Virus record (IMG/VR): IMGVR_UViG_3300033463_000056
Location: 30,279 to 94,278 of that record
Source of the DNA: a virus
Lineage: Duplodnaviria; Caudoviricetes
Length of the DNA: 64,000 nucleotides
Strand: one strand, 5' to 3'
Of this stretch, positions 9,241-19,209 are shown piece by piece. The notes beneath the pieces were generated by a model. That model was not told where the DNA came from. It saw only the letters and a list, made by a program, of their open reading frames with translations, and did no database searches. Made by a program: the position numbers and the translations under genes. Within the stretch, counting starts at the first letter, position 1; every line of letters starts with the position of its first letter.

Positions 9241-11517
9241 TTACTGGTCGAAAGTTGATTTATATTGAGGTCCTAACTTTTCGAGATGCCGCTTCCAATC
9301 CTTGTCGAAGAAATCGTCATCGGAATCATCCGGTTCGGTCTTCTGCACCTCATCGCCATCGCCGTATAGGATTTGATACTGATGACGATAAAGCATGACT
9401 TGCATAAGGGCGCTGACCCTATCCGTATTTGCGCCACCGCCATACGAAATCATTTCCTGAATCATGGCTCTGCTCCATAACCTATAAGCGCCAGGAACCA
9501 AAACAGTCTGTACTTCCCCATTTTCGTCAACCTGTTGTTCGACAGTTTCTTTCAAGAGCCAGTCGCGAATCAAATCCTGAGCGAAAGCGATAATGGCGGG
9601 TAGTGCCTGAACGCCCTTACTTGAAGAACCCGTAGTAGAATACTTCACCATCTCCCGCTCCTTAAGGTACTCTGGGCAGTCGGCGAGCATGTGTAATGAG
9701 TGTTTCTTCGCAAAATACGCATAAACATTTTTCTTGTTCGCCTCAGGCATACACTTAGCGTTATAGAAACGGCACATCAACCAAGCCATACGGCAGTTAT
9801 CCTCATTAAGCGGAAGCCGACCTGTATATTCGGCGACCGGAATATCCTGAAATAAGTCAAACATTACACAGGAAAATAACGATTCCGAATCTGCCTCTTC
9901 ATCATTTTCAACTGGGTCAATACCTAAAACGTATCTGTTCGGAGTGTTTTCGGTCCCGGGTGCAGGCATCTGGAAAATCTCCAATGCACCATGAACTCCA
10001 ATGGTATTCTTATGGTTCTTGTTTATCGGCCATTCACGAATTGGAATATCATTCGTCGTTATGAACTTCACACTACCGCCAGATTCGATAAGATTACCGA
10101 TATACATCTTATCATAAAAATGAGGAGACTGGTCTATCTGGCGCAGGCGTTCATTCAGCAAATCCGTCGGGAACAATCCACGGCGAACACGAAGAATTGC
10201 TTCTTCAGGGGTTATAGGACGCTGAGCTATGACACTAAGCAGTGTTTCTGGCTTCGACTTGCGAACACTGTTTCTATTATTCAAGATAGCAAGAATAGAC
10301 TTAATCACATCAGAATTGCCATCCTTATCCATGCATCCAGTGCGAGAAATATAAGAAGGAAAGAAATATCCGAACTTATCTCTACCCTTTCCGCTCATAT
10401 CATACACGTTCTCTATTGCATAGATTTCATATGCGTCCGGATCATACAGTATCTCCCTTGCTCCAGAGAAATCCGAATCCTTATCGCCGGCGGTTCCAAC
10501 GAGATATATCAGGGCGAACACTTCTTCACCATCCTTTACCGAGTCACGAGTATTATTATATGTGGCGAGTAGATTTTTGAACGAGCCCATTTCCTCAAAT
10601 AGGATAAATCCTCGTTTACCACGAACCTTCGCTTCGTCATCCTTGACGGCTACGCCCATAACAGAGTTTTTTGAACCATCGTTTACCCCATTTGAATTTA
10701 TCCTTCCGGCAATCCATAGCATATCGGACGGTCTATTGGTGCTGAGAAGACGAGGAAACTCCGTATTCGAAGCAACAAAATCCTTCATCTTGACAAATTT
10801 ATCAAGAGTACCATCTTTTTGGGAAAGATATTCTTTCGTATAACCGGCAAGAATCGTAGTAACTTCAGTCTTTGAAAACTCATTTTCACCAAGAACGAGA
10901 TTGTGTGACATTATCCCACCAAGAGTGTAAGATTTACCAGCTCCTCGACGAGCAAGTTCGATACAATGCTTATGTGCTTTGCGAGCTTGGTCTATATAAT
11001 GAAAACGATAGTAAACACCCTCCCAAAATAATGGGAATCCTGGTATCTGCGCAGATATTCCAGTCTTTGGGTCTTTCTTCGTAATCTTAATACGACAATA
11101 ATTCAGATACCAGTACATAAGTCCGGGTATCCATTCGCCGTCAGATTCCCTTACATAACCTTCCCTGCATCGTTTCGCTTCCTCCATAATCCATTTGCCA
11201 TACTCGCTTCGCGGATTCGGATTCGGTTTAAGAAAAGTATAGCAACCATTCTCCTCATAGAATTTTGCAGCTGGACGGAAGAAATCCGTATTCTCGAGGA
11301 TGTGTGGATGGGCAATATCGACTATAATCTTACCATCTCCGTCTCTCGGCAGGTCTTTCGCTTTGGGCCTATCTGGAGAAATCATCCATTGCAGGAGTGG
11401 GACATTATTCATAAAATCCAAAAATTGCTCCCTGACCCAAGGGTCGAGAGAAGCAATTAAGGATTCCGTAACCGGAGTTTGGAATTGATTAGTTGGTATA
11501 AAAACAGTGTCAGTCAT
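9241..11517 (-). CDS. terL: terminase large subunit
   Basis: Walker A ARRGAGKS, Walker B ILFEEMG, coupling motif GTAG, nuclease LGIDP ... DRVSA. Confidence 0.95.
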   Translation of the reverse strand: MTDTVFIPTNQFQTPVTESLIASLDPWVREQFLDFMNNVPLLQWMISPDRPKAKDLPRDGDGKIIVDIAHPHILENTDFFRPAAKFYEENGCYTFLKPNPNPRSEYGKWIMEEAKRCREGYVRESDGEWIPGLMYWYLNYCRIKITKKDPKTGISAQIPGFPLFWEGVYYRFHYIDQARKAHKHCIELARRGAGKSYTLGGIMSHNLVLGENEFSKTEVTTILAGYTKEYLSQKDGTLDKFVKMKDFVASNTEFPRLLSTNRPSDMLWIAGRINSNGVNDGSKNSVMGVAVKDDEAKVRGKRGFILFEEMGSFKNLLATYNNTRDSVKDGEEVFALIYLVGTAGDKDSDFSGAREILYDPDAYEIYAIENVYDMSGKGRDKFGYFFPSYISRTGCMDKDGNSDVIKSILAILNNRNSVRKSKPETLLSVIAQRPITPEEAILRVRRGLFPTDLLNERLRQIDQSPHFYDKMYIGNLIESGGSVKFITTNDIPIREWPINKNHKNTIGVHGALEIFQMPAPGTENTPNRYVLGIDPVENDEEADSESLFSCVMFDLFQDIPVAEYTGRLPLNEDNCRMAWLMCRFYNAKCMPEANKKNVYAYFAKKHSLHMLADCPEYLKEREMVKYSTTGSSSKGVQALPAIIAFAQDLIRDWLLKETVEQQVDENGEVQTVLVPGAYRLWSRAMIQEMISYGGGANTDRVSALMQVMLYRHQYQILYGDGDEVQKTEPDDSDDDFFDKDWKRHLEKLGPQYKSTFDQ

Positions 11518-12062
11518 TATATGTTTTCATATACCGCCTGTTCAGCATTACCACGAGCCGCATTCTCTGATTCGAAGTCTCTGGCAAGTTCCTTTTCGGC
11601 AACAGCAAGCATCTTGGACAATTCAAGACCCTGCTTGATTGCACTTGTCACTGAAGAAATTTGATATAGCGGTCTTCCCTTTTCGTCAAGTGTCCTCGGA
11701 TCAGCCTCACGGAAGAATGCACGAACGTTATTAATTCCATATCGAATATCTTCAATCAGAAGAGCAGATGTCGTAACCGCGAGTTTTCTGTACTGGTCCA
11801 TTGCAGCAACAAGCAATTCGCTCGGCTTCCAATCATCATCAAACCCCTCCTGGGCCTTTACTTCTGAAGCCCGTTCGGATTCATCGGTCAGATACATATA
11901 CGAACTTCGCGGATCGCACATGAACCAGAGATAGGAAATCTGCTTCCAAAATTCCTCCTTCTTCTTGGATTTATCTTTCTCGAACAATTCACGGATAGGT
12001 CTGACAAGCAAAGCTTCGTCAGCAATCTTGAATTCAAGTCCATCAAATTCAATTAGCTTCAT
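11517..12062 (-). CDS. conserved crAss-like protein upstream of terL (small terminase candidate)
   Basis: Likely start MKLIEF at 12062; D.SK.KE...YLWFMCDPRS motif; abuts terL. Confidence 0.65.
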   Translation of the reverse strand: MKLIEFDGLEFKIADEALLVRPIRELFEKDKSKKKEEFWKQISYLWFMCDPRSSYMYLTDESERASEVKAQEGFDDDWKPSELLVAAMDQYRKLAVTTSALLIEDIRYGINNVRAFFREADPRTLDEKGRPLYQISSVTSAIKQGLELSKMLAVAEKELARDFESENAARGNAEQAVYENI

Positions 12063-12276
12063 AAGAGGAGGAGTTATCAGAAATTCCCGTAGCAGTAATC
12101 TGATCATTCCACCACGGGGTGCATGGTGTCGCGGGCGGATAGACAGGAGTAAACGGATTCGGACCCGGACTGGGTGCGACAATCGGCTCAACGGAATCCA
12201 TTTCCGCAAGGAGCTCGGCGAGACGCTCCTTCGGCAGGCACATATAATCTTCTTTGGTAAGTTTCATTTCTGACAT
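12049..12276 (-). CDS. hypothetical protein
   Basis: 75-aa ORF filling the operon. Confidence 0.55.
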   Translation of the reverse strand: MSEMKLTKEDYMCLPKERLAELLAEMDSVEPIVAPSPGPNPFTPVYPPATPCTPWWNDQITATGISDNSSSYEAN

Positions 12277-12287
12277 CTCCTACTTTA

Positions 12288-12560
12288 TTACCAAGCGGGT
12301 GCCGCTGCAGGACAGGAAGGATACTCAAGATGAAGAGATCCTTTTTCTAACAATCCGTGGTATACACACCTGTCAGTAAGGGCCTGAAGATAATCCCTCA
12401 TGGAGTTGAACTGACGATGAAGCATCTGCCACTCTAATTCGCTGAACTTTTTATTCGGATCAGAGAAACAATTGGCTAACTTAAGAGTTCTTTCAAGGAG
12501 TTCCGTTCTTTCTTCCAGAAGACGCTTCTCCCATTCTTCGGCTGGTCTACTTTCTGTCAT
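12288..12560 (-). CDS. small helical phage protein (crAss001 gp48-like)
   Basis: RL.EE..EL..R..KL..F...E..ML..Q...M..YL..L..R pattern. Confidence 0.65.
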   Translation of the reverse strand: MTESRPAEEWEKRLLEERTELLERTLKLANCFSDPNKKFSELEWQMLHRQFNSMRDYLQALTDRCVYHGLLEKGSLHLEYPSCPAAAPAW

Positions 12561-12707
12561 GATTAATCGTTATGTTTATTTTCATTGAAGTAAAATAAAA
12601 GCACGGCGGGATATATAAAGGGGCATATGAATACTAAAGCACTTCGCGTGAGAATCAAATAAGCTCTCCCTGCGTACCTCGCGGCAGACTTTTCCGTGCT
12701 TGGTTTG

Positions 12708-13112
12708 TTACTGCAATAATCCTCCTTCGTCTACCTCGTATTCCTCAACGACATATTCGATATCGCGATCCTGAAGGAACAGATATTCTACATCTTCAAT
12801 GACGATGATAGGAACCTCGACATCCCAGTTCTGATTCATAAACTGCTTGTTCTCGGCTTCGTCGATTGCGCCTGGGACATGTTTCACGACCTGATAACGG
12901 CTGAAATTGATCTTGACGATATCGCCTTCCTTTACGTCTCTGACAGTACCGCCGACGGAAACGACAGTTTGATAAGGATTCAGGCTACCGTCCATTTTGC
13001 GCGTGTCAAGGATAAGACCACCCTTCTTTGCAGACTGGGTGCCAACATATTTCTTCGCCGTAGTGATGACTCCGGTAAAAAGCGGACGAACTTTCTTGAT
13101 TACAAATGCCAT
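12708..13112 (-). CDS. GroES-like co-chaperonin
   Basis: VRPLFTGV...GGLIL...VVSVGGTVRDVKEGDIV motifs; start MAFVIKK. Confidence 0.75.
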   Translation of the reverse strand: MAFVIKKVRPLFTGVITTAKKYVGTQSAKKGGLILDTRKMDGSLNPYQTVVSVGGTVRDVKEGDIVKINFSRYQVVKHVPGAIDEAENKQFMNQNWDVEVPIIVIEDVEYLFLQDRDIEYVVEEYEVDEGGLLQ

Positions 13113-13114
13113 AG

Positions 13115-13579
13115 TTATTTTTCTTTCGGAATGACCTGTCGGGCTGATTTCTTTCCATCTTGCCCGACAAGCCAAACGCGTTCATACATTTCTTTTCCTT
13201 TACGTTTTTTAAGCGGAGGAGGAGTTTGACCGGAGAGGATCGCGGCAGCCGTGCTTTCGATTTCACTCTGAGTCACCCGTCTCCGGTACGAACTCCTGGG
13301 AACCATATCTATCGTTTCCGATTCGTTGGCTCTCCACTTCAGATACTTGCTGTACACAGGCCCGAGTCTACCGATGAAAGGTATCTGCCTGACCTTGACA
13401 AACCGTTGGAACCCCTCGCTGGAATAAATCTTTCTCGGCGTGTCAAACGGGAGCGACTTTGCGTCTTGACACAAAACACTGAAAAAAGAGTCAACAACCT
13501 TCTTTACTTCCGTTTCGGTCAGGCAATACCTATCAGCCAATGTACGGCATCTCGCACTATCCTTGCTGTTCCTGCCCAT
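13115..13579 (-). CDS. HU/IHF-like DNA-binding protein
   Basis: LT..EVKKVVDSFF ... IPFIGRL; basic; crAss synteny. Confidence 0.6.
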   Translation of the reverse strand: MGRNSKDSARCRTLADRYCLTETEVKKVVDSFFSVLCQDAKSLPFDTPRKIYSSEGFQRFVKVRQIPFIGRLGPVYSKYLKWRANESETIDMVPRSSYRRRVTQSEIESTAAAILSGQTPPPLKKRKGKEMYERVWLVGQDGKKSARQVIPKEK

Positions 13580-13967
13580 TGATGGGATTCGCAGAAGATG
13601 ACCAGTCAAAGATGATGCTCAGCATAAACCTCGGATCTGTCGTAGTGTGCGGGATGTACTTCGGATTGATGTCTCCGTTCACGATGACTTCCGCTTCACG
13701 AAGTTTCGCGAGAATCATCTGGAAATGAGCCTGCGACATCTTCAGCGACTCGCGCATATCCTTCCGTGACGTATGTGACCAGAGTACTTCCTTCAGCATT
13801 TCAGGGTCAGGAATACTGTCCTTCAATTTGAAATACTGGGCGATAATCCTTGCCGCGACATCACGCTCACGCGAAGTGAGCTTATGGAACGGCGTAAGGA
13901 ACTCGAACCACATACGATAGAACGAGACATTCGTACACTTCAGGAAGATGACGTTATTCGGTTTCAT
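13557..13967 (-). CDS. winged-HTH-like conserved crAss protein
   Basis: FLTPFHKLT.RE.DV...MSQAHFQMILAKLR...INPKYIP. Confidence 0.6.
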   Translation of the reverse strand: MKPNNVIFLKCTNVSFYRMWFEFLTPFHKLTSRERDVAARIIAQYFKLKDSIPDPEMLKEVLWSHTSRKDMRESLKMSQAHFQMILAKLREAEVIVNGDINPKYIPHTTTDPRFMLSIIFDWSSSANPINGQEQQG

Positions 13968-14253
13968 CCGTCTTCTCCTCGGATTCAACCGGTTTCATCA
14001 TCTCGGCGAAGGAATACAGCGCATCCTGAATATGCTTCGCGGTCCATTCCACGAACTCATTTTCATACATCTCAGGATGTTCCATCACCTTGAACAGCAT
14101 CGAAAGGAAGAACGACGTGTAGTCGAAATCCTTGTTGTTCAAAGCCTGCATCGCCTTCTGGTAGGCGTCCACCAGCTTCTGATACTGAAGATGAAGCTCA
14201 CCGAAGTTCTTGGCGAGTTCTTCATAGGTAAGTTTTTTCTGTTTTTCTTCCAT
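13954..14253 (-). CDS. conserved hypothetical coiled-coil protein
   Basis: Start MEEKQKKLTYEEL; LFKVME motif. Confidence 0.6.
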   Translation of the reverse strand: MEEKQKKLTYEELAKNFGELHLQYQKLVDAYQKAMQALNNKDFDYTSFFLSMLFKVMEHPEMYENEFVEWTAKHIQDALYSFAEMMKPVESEEKTDETE

Positions 14254-14273
14254 AGTCTTTCTCTGTTGAATGA

Positions 14274-14693
14274 TTATCTGTATCTTGCTTTCAATCTCTT
14301 GCTTGTTCTGCCGGATTTGTCCTTTCCTACGGTTCGCAAGGCTCCACTTCCTCTGGACAAGGCCCAGTCGAGCCATCGCTCGAATTCGTCATCAGTTCCA
14401 GTATGTATCTCCCCCGTCCCAAATATTCGGCAATACGAAATACCAACAAGCCCGAGGAGCCTGACGGCGATTCGTCCGAAGGTATGAACAGGAGCTGTCC
14501 TTTCCTCAGCAAACACGAATCCGTATCCGTGCAACCGTTCTTCTCGCTGTCCGAGACGGTTGAGTCTGAGAAAGGCTTTACGCCCGACGGAAGCGTGGTA
14601 GTCTTCCCTGAAAAGCCTGTATGCCTGGTCTGCGTCATCGCAAAGCCGTTCTCCATAGTAGATTCTTCCATCTTTCCTTACAACTTCTGCCAT
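14274..14693 (-). CDS. hypothetical protein
   Basis: Likely start MAEVVRKDG at 14693. Confidence 0.5.
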   Translation of the reverse strand: MAEVVRKDGRIYYGERLCDDADQAYRLFREDYHASVGRKAFLRLNRLGQREERLHGYGFVFAEERTAPVHTFGRIAVRLLGLVGISYCRIFGTGEIHTGTDDEFERWLDWALSRGSGALRTVGKDKSGRTSKRLKARYR

Positions 14694-14893
14694 TCTATCT
14701 CCTTCCTTCGCTTCTCCCTTCGCTGTTCTTCGGCAACCCACTCGTCCATCGTACACTGTCCGACATCCGTCGAGTGGCATTTACCGCAGTAGGAGCCATC
14801 CCACATATCACTCGCAAGCGTCTCGTCGACAACTATGCAGAGGGAGTGGCAGCTCCTACAGTAAAAAACAAGTTCATCATCAATCTCAACCAT
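14678..14893 (-). CDS. small Zn-ribbon protein
   Basis: CxxC...CxxC (YCRSCHSL...YCGKCHST). Confidence 0.7.
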   Translation of the reverse strand: MVEIDDELVFYCRSCHSLCIVVDETLASDMWDGSYCGKCHSTDVGQCTMDEWVAEEQRREKRRKEIEWQKL

Positions 14894-14895
14894 TT

Positions 14896-15039
14896 CTACT
14901 CTTCGGCGAAATATACCAACGTGTACGTTCCGTCATTCGACTGGAAGATATTGACTATGTGCTCTTGCGGTATCGCATGCGCGTTTACGAAATCATTGAT
15001 TTCGCGCATACCGTTTTTAACGATTGTGAACATTTTCAT
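14896..15039 (-). CDS. small hypothetical protein (47 aa)
   Basis: Hand translation MKMFTIVKNGMREINDFVNAHAIPQEHIVNIF...; first gene after the promoter at 15061-15102. Confidence 0.55.
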   Translation of the reverse strand: MKMFTIVKNGMREINDFVNAHAIPQEHIVNIFQSNDGTYTLVYFAEE

Positions 15040-15060
15040 GGCTAATTCCTCTTGTTACCG

Positions 15061-15102
15061 CAAAGATAGCCAAATGCTTTCTAAAATAAAAACATTTTTG
15101 TT
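15061..15102 (-). promoter_or_regulatory. Bacteroidetes sigma-70-type promoter with AACA-N4-TGTT operator
   Basis: TATCTTTG (-7 element) on minus strand at 15061-15068; AACATTTTTGTT at 15091-15102. Confidence 0.65.
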
Positions 15103-15124
15103 TCATTTATTCTAACAGAATTAG

Positions 15125-15535
15125 TTACAAGGTATGCGGATAACTCTGCCTGCAACCAAATTCACAGACAACATCTATCAGAGCCCTGACCGAATCACCG
15201 GATATATATGCCGGTATCTCTGAATCAAGACGAACGCCCAAGGATTTCGCTATCGCATCAGCAAGATGTCTTATTTCGTGGGTAAGACTATCCTGGAATT
15301 CTGCACCTGAAGTTGTTGGACCGATAAGAACGACAGCCCTTCGTTTGTTCTGGTTAGTATAAGTAAAACCGCAATTATAGTCGCATGACAGCATCAGATC
15401 CTCCGCTTGTTCCATGATATAATCCGGTGCATAAGCGTCGTAAAGGCAAGCCAATACTCCATCAATATCATATCGCTTTGTCGCAAAAAGGAAATCGACT
15501 GTCCAACGCCCGATGGCAATGACACGGTGAATCAT
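15125..15535 (-). CDS. hypothetical protein with HExxH motif
   Basis: THEIRH...E..AY; possible zinc peptidase fold. Confidence 0.55.
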   Translation of the reverse strand: MIHRVIAIGRWTVDFLFATKRYDIDGVLACLYDAYAPDYIMEQAEDLMLSCDYNCGFTYTNQNKRRAVVLIGPTTSGAEFQDSLTHEIRHLADAIAKSLGVRLDSEIPAYISGDSVRALIDVVCEFGCRQSYPHTL

Positions 15536-15591
15536 ATTCGTATATTTTTATTATATTTGTATTATAAAAACCATTTAATAGAAACGCTATT

Positions 15592-16491
15592 ATGAATGAC
15601 AATTCCTATAAAATCTTTCGTGTTAACGAACACGAATACAAGGTGTTCTCAAATGGAGACATCGTATCATTGCCATATAACACAAAAGGTTGCGTAATCG
15701 GACTAACGAAAGAGAGAATGATTAAACCATTTATTGATAAAAATGGGTATACGAACGTAGAACTTGGTGGCATAACATACAAAATGCACTATCTTATAGC
15801 GTCATTATTCATCGATAACCCGAATAACGCTCCGCGAGTTATACATATTGACGGCGACAAATCAAACAACGCTGCCTCAAATCTTAAATGGTCAGATAGT
15901 ATCTCTAAAAATCAATCATCACTACCGATACCTAATTATTCTTTCTCATTAGCGGATTTACAAGATGAAGAGTGGAAAGCCATTTCAAATACCAATAATC
16001 ATTACTTCATAAGCTCATATGGAAGGGTAAAATCATGTCATAAAAGAACAATAATTCTTTCCCCAAAAATCAATTCATATGGCTACGCCAAAATTGCAAT
16101 CGTTAAAAATGGCAAGCGAGTTGACATCGCAATACATAGGCTCGTCGCATCAGAATTTATTGGCGACTGTAACGGATACGAAATTGATCATGTTGATGGA
16201 AATAGATTAAATAACAATATGAACAATTTGCGCATCGTTACACATACGCAAAACATGAACAACCCGCTTACCACAATTCAACTAAAAAAGCGGAAAGGAC
16301 CAATGACGGGACGACTCGGCAAGACAAACCATTTATCCAAACCAATATATGCAGTTAGCGATTCCGGAGAAATTCTCGAGTTTGAAGGAAGCTGGGACGC
16401 CAACAGAAAAGGATACAATTACAGCTCTGTTCAAGCGTGCCTTCACGGAAGGCAAAAAACATATAAAGGATTAAAATGGTTTTTTAGATAA
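15592..16491 (+). mobile_element. free-standing homing endonuclease with tandem NUMOD4-HNH units
   Basis: Two NUMOD4+HNH units (HIDGDKSNN..SNL; DHVDGNRLNN..NNL) and a C-terminal NUMOD1-like tail; AT-rich; antisense to neighbours. Confidence 0.9.
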
Positions 16492-16885
16492 GGTCGCTCC
16501 AGATAATCGGAATACCCTTTCCATTGCAGTCTGCAAGGAACCTGTCAAATACTATCCCGTCGTAGCCGTCTTTGTCGTCAATAGTATCCTTGACATAAAT
16601 GAGAGCGTGCATCTCATCAACCACAGAGCTGCCGAGATAATCGCTAACGCACATGTGAAACGAAAATACCGCATCGTAACCTTTGTCATTTTTCAATTCA
16701 ATCCCTCTGGAACGAAACAAAGAATCAATTTGCTCCTTTGAACGCATAGGCACTTTGTTCCCATTCATATCTCTCATGTTCGAAACAGCCCATTCGCACA
16801 TCTTGCGAGAAAAATGATGTCCGTAGTTCGAGAGATATGCATCCATTCCTTCCGGAAGAATATCGTAGTAATCCATTCTTGTCAT
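16484..16885 (-). CDS. conserved Bacteroidales phage protein
   Basis: P.GM.AYLS.YG.HFS.KMCEWAVS.M ... IIWSD pattern. Confidence 0.7.
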   Translation of the reverse strand: MTRMDYYDILPEGMDAYLSNYGHHFSRKMCEWAVSNMRDMNGNKVPMRSKEQIDSLFRSRGIELKNDKGYDAVFSFHMCVSDYLGSSVVDEMHALIYVKDTIDDKDGYDGIVFDRFLADCNGKGIPIIWSDLI

Positions 16886-16898
16886 AGCAATAAAGATT

Positions 16899-16920
16899 AG
16901 GGGCGAGTTTCCCCGCCCCA
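16899..16920 (-). terminator. GC hairpin, probable terminator
   Basis: GGGGCG...CGCCCC inverted repeat between genes. Confidence 0.5.
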
Positions 16921-16925
16921 GTTAA

Positions 16926-17132
16926 TTACATACGACGACGATAAGACTTGCGTTCACGAGGTTCATCCCACTCTTCGCGGTCATCGCGCTCGTCATAGCT
17001 GTACTTATCTTCCATTTCCTCGGACAGTTCGCAGAGCATCTCGATGCCTTTCTTCGCCATCTTCAGGGCTTTCTTGTATTCGTAGAGATCATCGCCTCCA
17101 CGCTTCATGATATGTACAATACCCATAGCCAA
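16926..17132 (-). CDS. small charged hypothetical protein
   Basis: 68-aa ORF within the operon. Confidence 0.6.
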   Translation of the reverse strand: MAMGIVHIMKRGGDDLYEYKKALKMAKKGIEMLCELSEEMEDKYSYDERDDREEWDEPRERKSYRRRM

Positions 17133-17137
17133 TCCTC

Positions 17138-17941
17138 CTAACCGTTAGAAGTTGTAGAAGCGGAAGAAGTGCGGGTCAGTGCAGTCACCTGACTGAACAG
17201 CGGAGCAAGATACGCTTCGAGCTGCGCAGTCTGTGCGGCGTTGTCAGCCTGATTGCGGAGCTGAGTGATGATATCGCCCTGCGTGTTAATCTTGTCCTGC
17301 ATATCGCGCTCGCGTGCAGCACAGAACTCAGAGATGGTAGTGGTCTTCAGGTCTGCGATAGCGTCCACGATACGCTGGTTACCAGAAGTGATAGCGCCGG
17401 TCAGAGCATTGGTCTGCTCGATAGTACGAATCTGATTCTGATAACCCTGTTCGGTGACAAGCTGTTTCATAGAGCAGCAGCATTCACACAATTTACTCTG
17501 CATAGCTGCGTTTCCGCTTTCGATAGCATTTACAATCTGCAGGGAAGACATACCGGTCTGGGTGGAAAGATTCGCGATACCGTCACGGATACCCTGGACA
17601 CCAGCATTGACGAGATTGAAGTCCTGACCAAGCATGGTAGCAAGATTCTGAACAGCAGAACGGGAAGCTTCGCCGTTGGAGTTGATAGCAGCCATCAGAA
17701 GGTCACGACCATTGTCATTGTTGATCTGGTTGGAAAGGAAACCGGCACCACCGGCGTTACCTCCGCCGAAGCCGCCATAACCTCCCCAGCCATTGCCGAA
17801 GAACAGACCGAGAAGGAATCCGAGGACACCTCCACCGAGTCCACCCCAGTTACCACCGAAGCCGCCATTGTTCATAGCAGCCATCCAAGCGGGAACAGTC
17901 CCGCCGTTGTTTTCTGGATAGAAAAAAGTTTCGTTAGCCAT
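17138..17941 (-). CDS. Gly-rich membrane/coiled-coil phage protein
   Basis: GGFGG-rich N-terminus with TM, LCECCC motif, coiled-coil C-terminus; TAATTTTG promoter element upstream. Confidence 0.75.
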   Translation of the reverse strand: MANETFFYPENNGGTVPAWMAAMNNGGFGGNWGGLGGGVLGFLLGLFFGNGWGGYGGFGGGNAGGAGFLSNQINNDNGRDLLMAAINSNGEASRSAVQNLATMLGQDFNLVNAGVQGIRDGIANLSTQTGMSSLQIVNAIESGNAAMQSKLCECCCSMKQLVTEQGYQNQIRTIEQTNALTGAITSGNQRIVDAIADLKTTTISEFCAARERDMQDKINTQGDIITQLRNQADNAAQTAQLEAYLAPLFSQVTALTRTSSASTTSNG

Positions 17942-18084
17942 TTTGCTTTAGTTTTTTGCAGTTAATTACTTTAGTGTTTCGTTGCGCAACTACTGCAAAA
18001 TTATAATGGCTTGCTCATAAAAGACAATAATGCTAAAGCCCCTGCAAGTCATTGGCTTACAGAGGCTTATAATAGCATCGAGTT

Positions 18085-18363
18085 TTATAACTTCTTTAAA
18101 TCTTTCTTATACCAGCGAAGCTCCTTAAAGCCTGGCACCTTCTTCCCCTTTGGTATCTTTCCTTCCCGTACAAGATTATCGAATTTCGCTCGGCTAATAC
18201 CGAGATATGTATATGCCTGATACTTACTCATAGGCAAATCCCGCCTGGCGACTTCCTTCATCACCTTTGCAATATGCAATGCTTCTTCTTCGGTGAGATT
18301 GGAATTACCGGCATCAATATCATCTACGATCCGAAGCAGGACTTCTTTCAACGCTTGCAGCAT
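18085..18363 (-). CDS. HTH DNA-binding protein (excisionase/AlpA-like)
   Basis: MSKYQAYTYLGISRAKFDNLVREGKIPKG...W. Confidence 0.8.
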   Translation of the reverse strand: MLQALKEVLLRIVDDIDAGNSNLTEEEALHIAKVMKEVARRDLPMSKYQAYTYLGISRAKFDNLVREGKIPKGKKVPGFKELRWYKKDLKKL

Positions 18364-18752
18364 TTCTCTTTTCTATAATAATACAGCGCAAGGTATGCGA
18401 AGATACCAGATATAAGAAGATAAACCCCGAACATCGCCCTGTCACTGACCGGAATCCAGATATAATAATCAATAAGATTCAAAATATCGGTAACGAGAAT
18501 ATAATGAAGAAACATCCGATGGTATGCACAAAACTGAAACACATACGAAACAAGATAGAAAAAAGCGAGTGGGATAAACGAGACGCCACCGAACAATGAA
18601 AGGATATCGCATCTAAACCCATAGAAGCTCAGACAAGTATTCAGTAGCGCACAAAATGCAAGGAGCATCGGAATTACTTTCAATGCCCCAAGCGTCAATT
18701 TATACCAGCTTTTACTTACAGATTTTTCCACCTTTTCCAAGCCTGTTGCCAT
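18348..18752 (-). CDS. four-TM membrane protein
   Basis: Hydrophobic helices; start uncertain because it overlaps the upstream peptide. Confidence 0.6.
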   Translation of the reverse strand: MATGLEKVEKSVSKSWYKLTLGALKVIPMLLAFCALLNTCLSFYGFRCDILSLFGGVSFIPLAFFYLVSYVFQFCAYHRMFLHYILVTDILNLIDYYIWIPVSDRAMFGVYLLISGIFAYLALYYYRKEKCCKR

Positions 18753-18849
18753 CAACACGGAATCCGGCACGAGGAAATATCGTCTGGTTTCTCGTCACCT
18801 TCTTACTCACAGTGGTTTTCTGTTTCGGTTTCTGTTTCTTTTCCGCCAT
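18712..18849 (-). CDS. small basic peptide with C-terminal xxxGG motif
   Basis: Hand translation MAEKKQKPKQKTTVSKKVTRNQTIFPRAGFRVDGNRLGKGGKICK. Confidence 0.6.
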   Translation of the reverse strand: MAEKKQKPKQKTTVSKKVTRNQTIFPRAGFRVDGNRLGKGGKICK

Positions 18850-18855
18850 ATCATT

Positions 18856-19209
18856 TTAGTTTATATGCCATTCTGTATTGCTGTAAACATAATTCTCAAC
18901 TTCGAAATCAGGATAAACCCAAAGGATTTCAGGTTCGATTTCGAGATAAGGCGTAGGAAGGATCTGACCACAGAAGTTGTCTATCTTGACGAAAATCGGA
19001 ACATTGCAGCTGGATGCTTTCGCAAGGAGTTTCGCATACGCGAAGTCTATGTTCGCGTCAAGGCTTGATACAGGCTGGACAACAAGACGAATCCTCGTCC
19101 TGGTCTTCTTTACAATCGAATAATCGACAGAAAGAGAACCGACACGCTCCACGCAGGTACATAATCCTCCGCTAATCAGTTCGACATCTGCGCGAAGACA
19201 TCTCATCAC
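18856..19209 (-). CDS. hypothetical tail-associated protein
   Basis: C-terminal YLEIEPE..WV...VYSNTEW (BACON-like end). Confidence 0.55.
   Translation of the reverse strand: MMRCLRADVELISGGLCTCVERVGSLSVDYSIVKKTRTRIRLVVQPVSSLDANIDFAYAKLLAKASSCNVPIFVKIDNFCGQILPTPYLEIEPEILWVYPDFEVENYVYSNTEWHIN

Noticed and set aside
9241-11517. Intein or intron in the terminase
   Set aside because: Continuous frame of ordinary length with no splicing motifs noticed.
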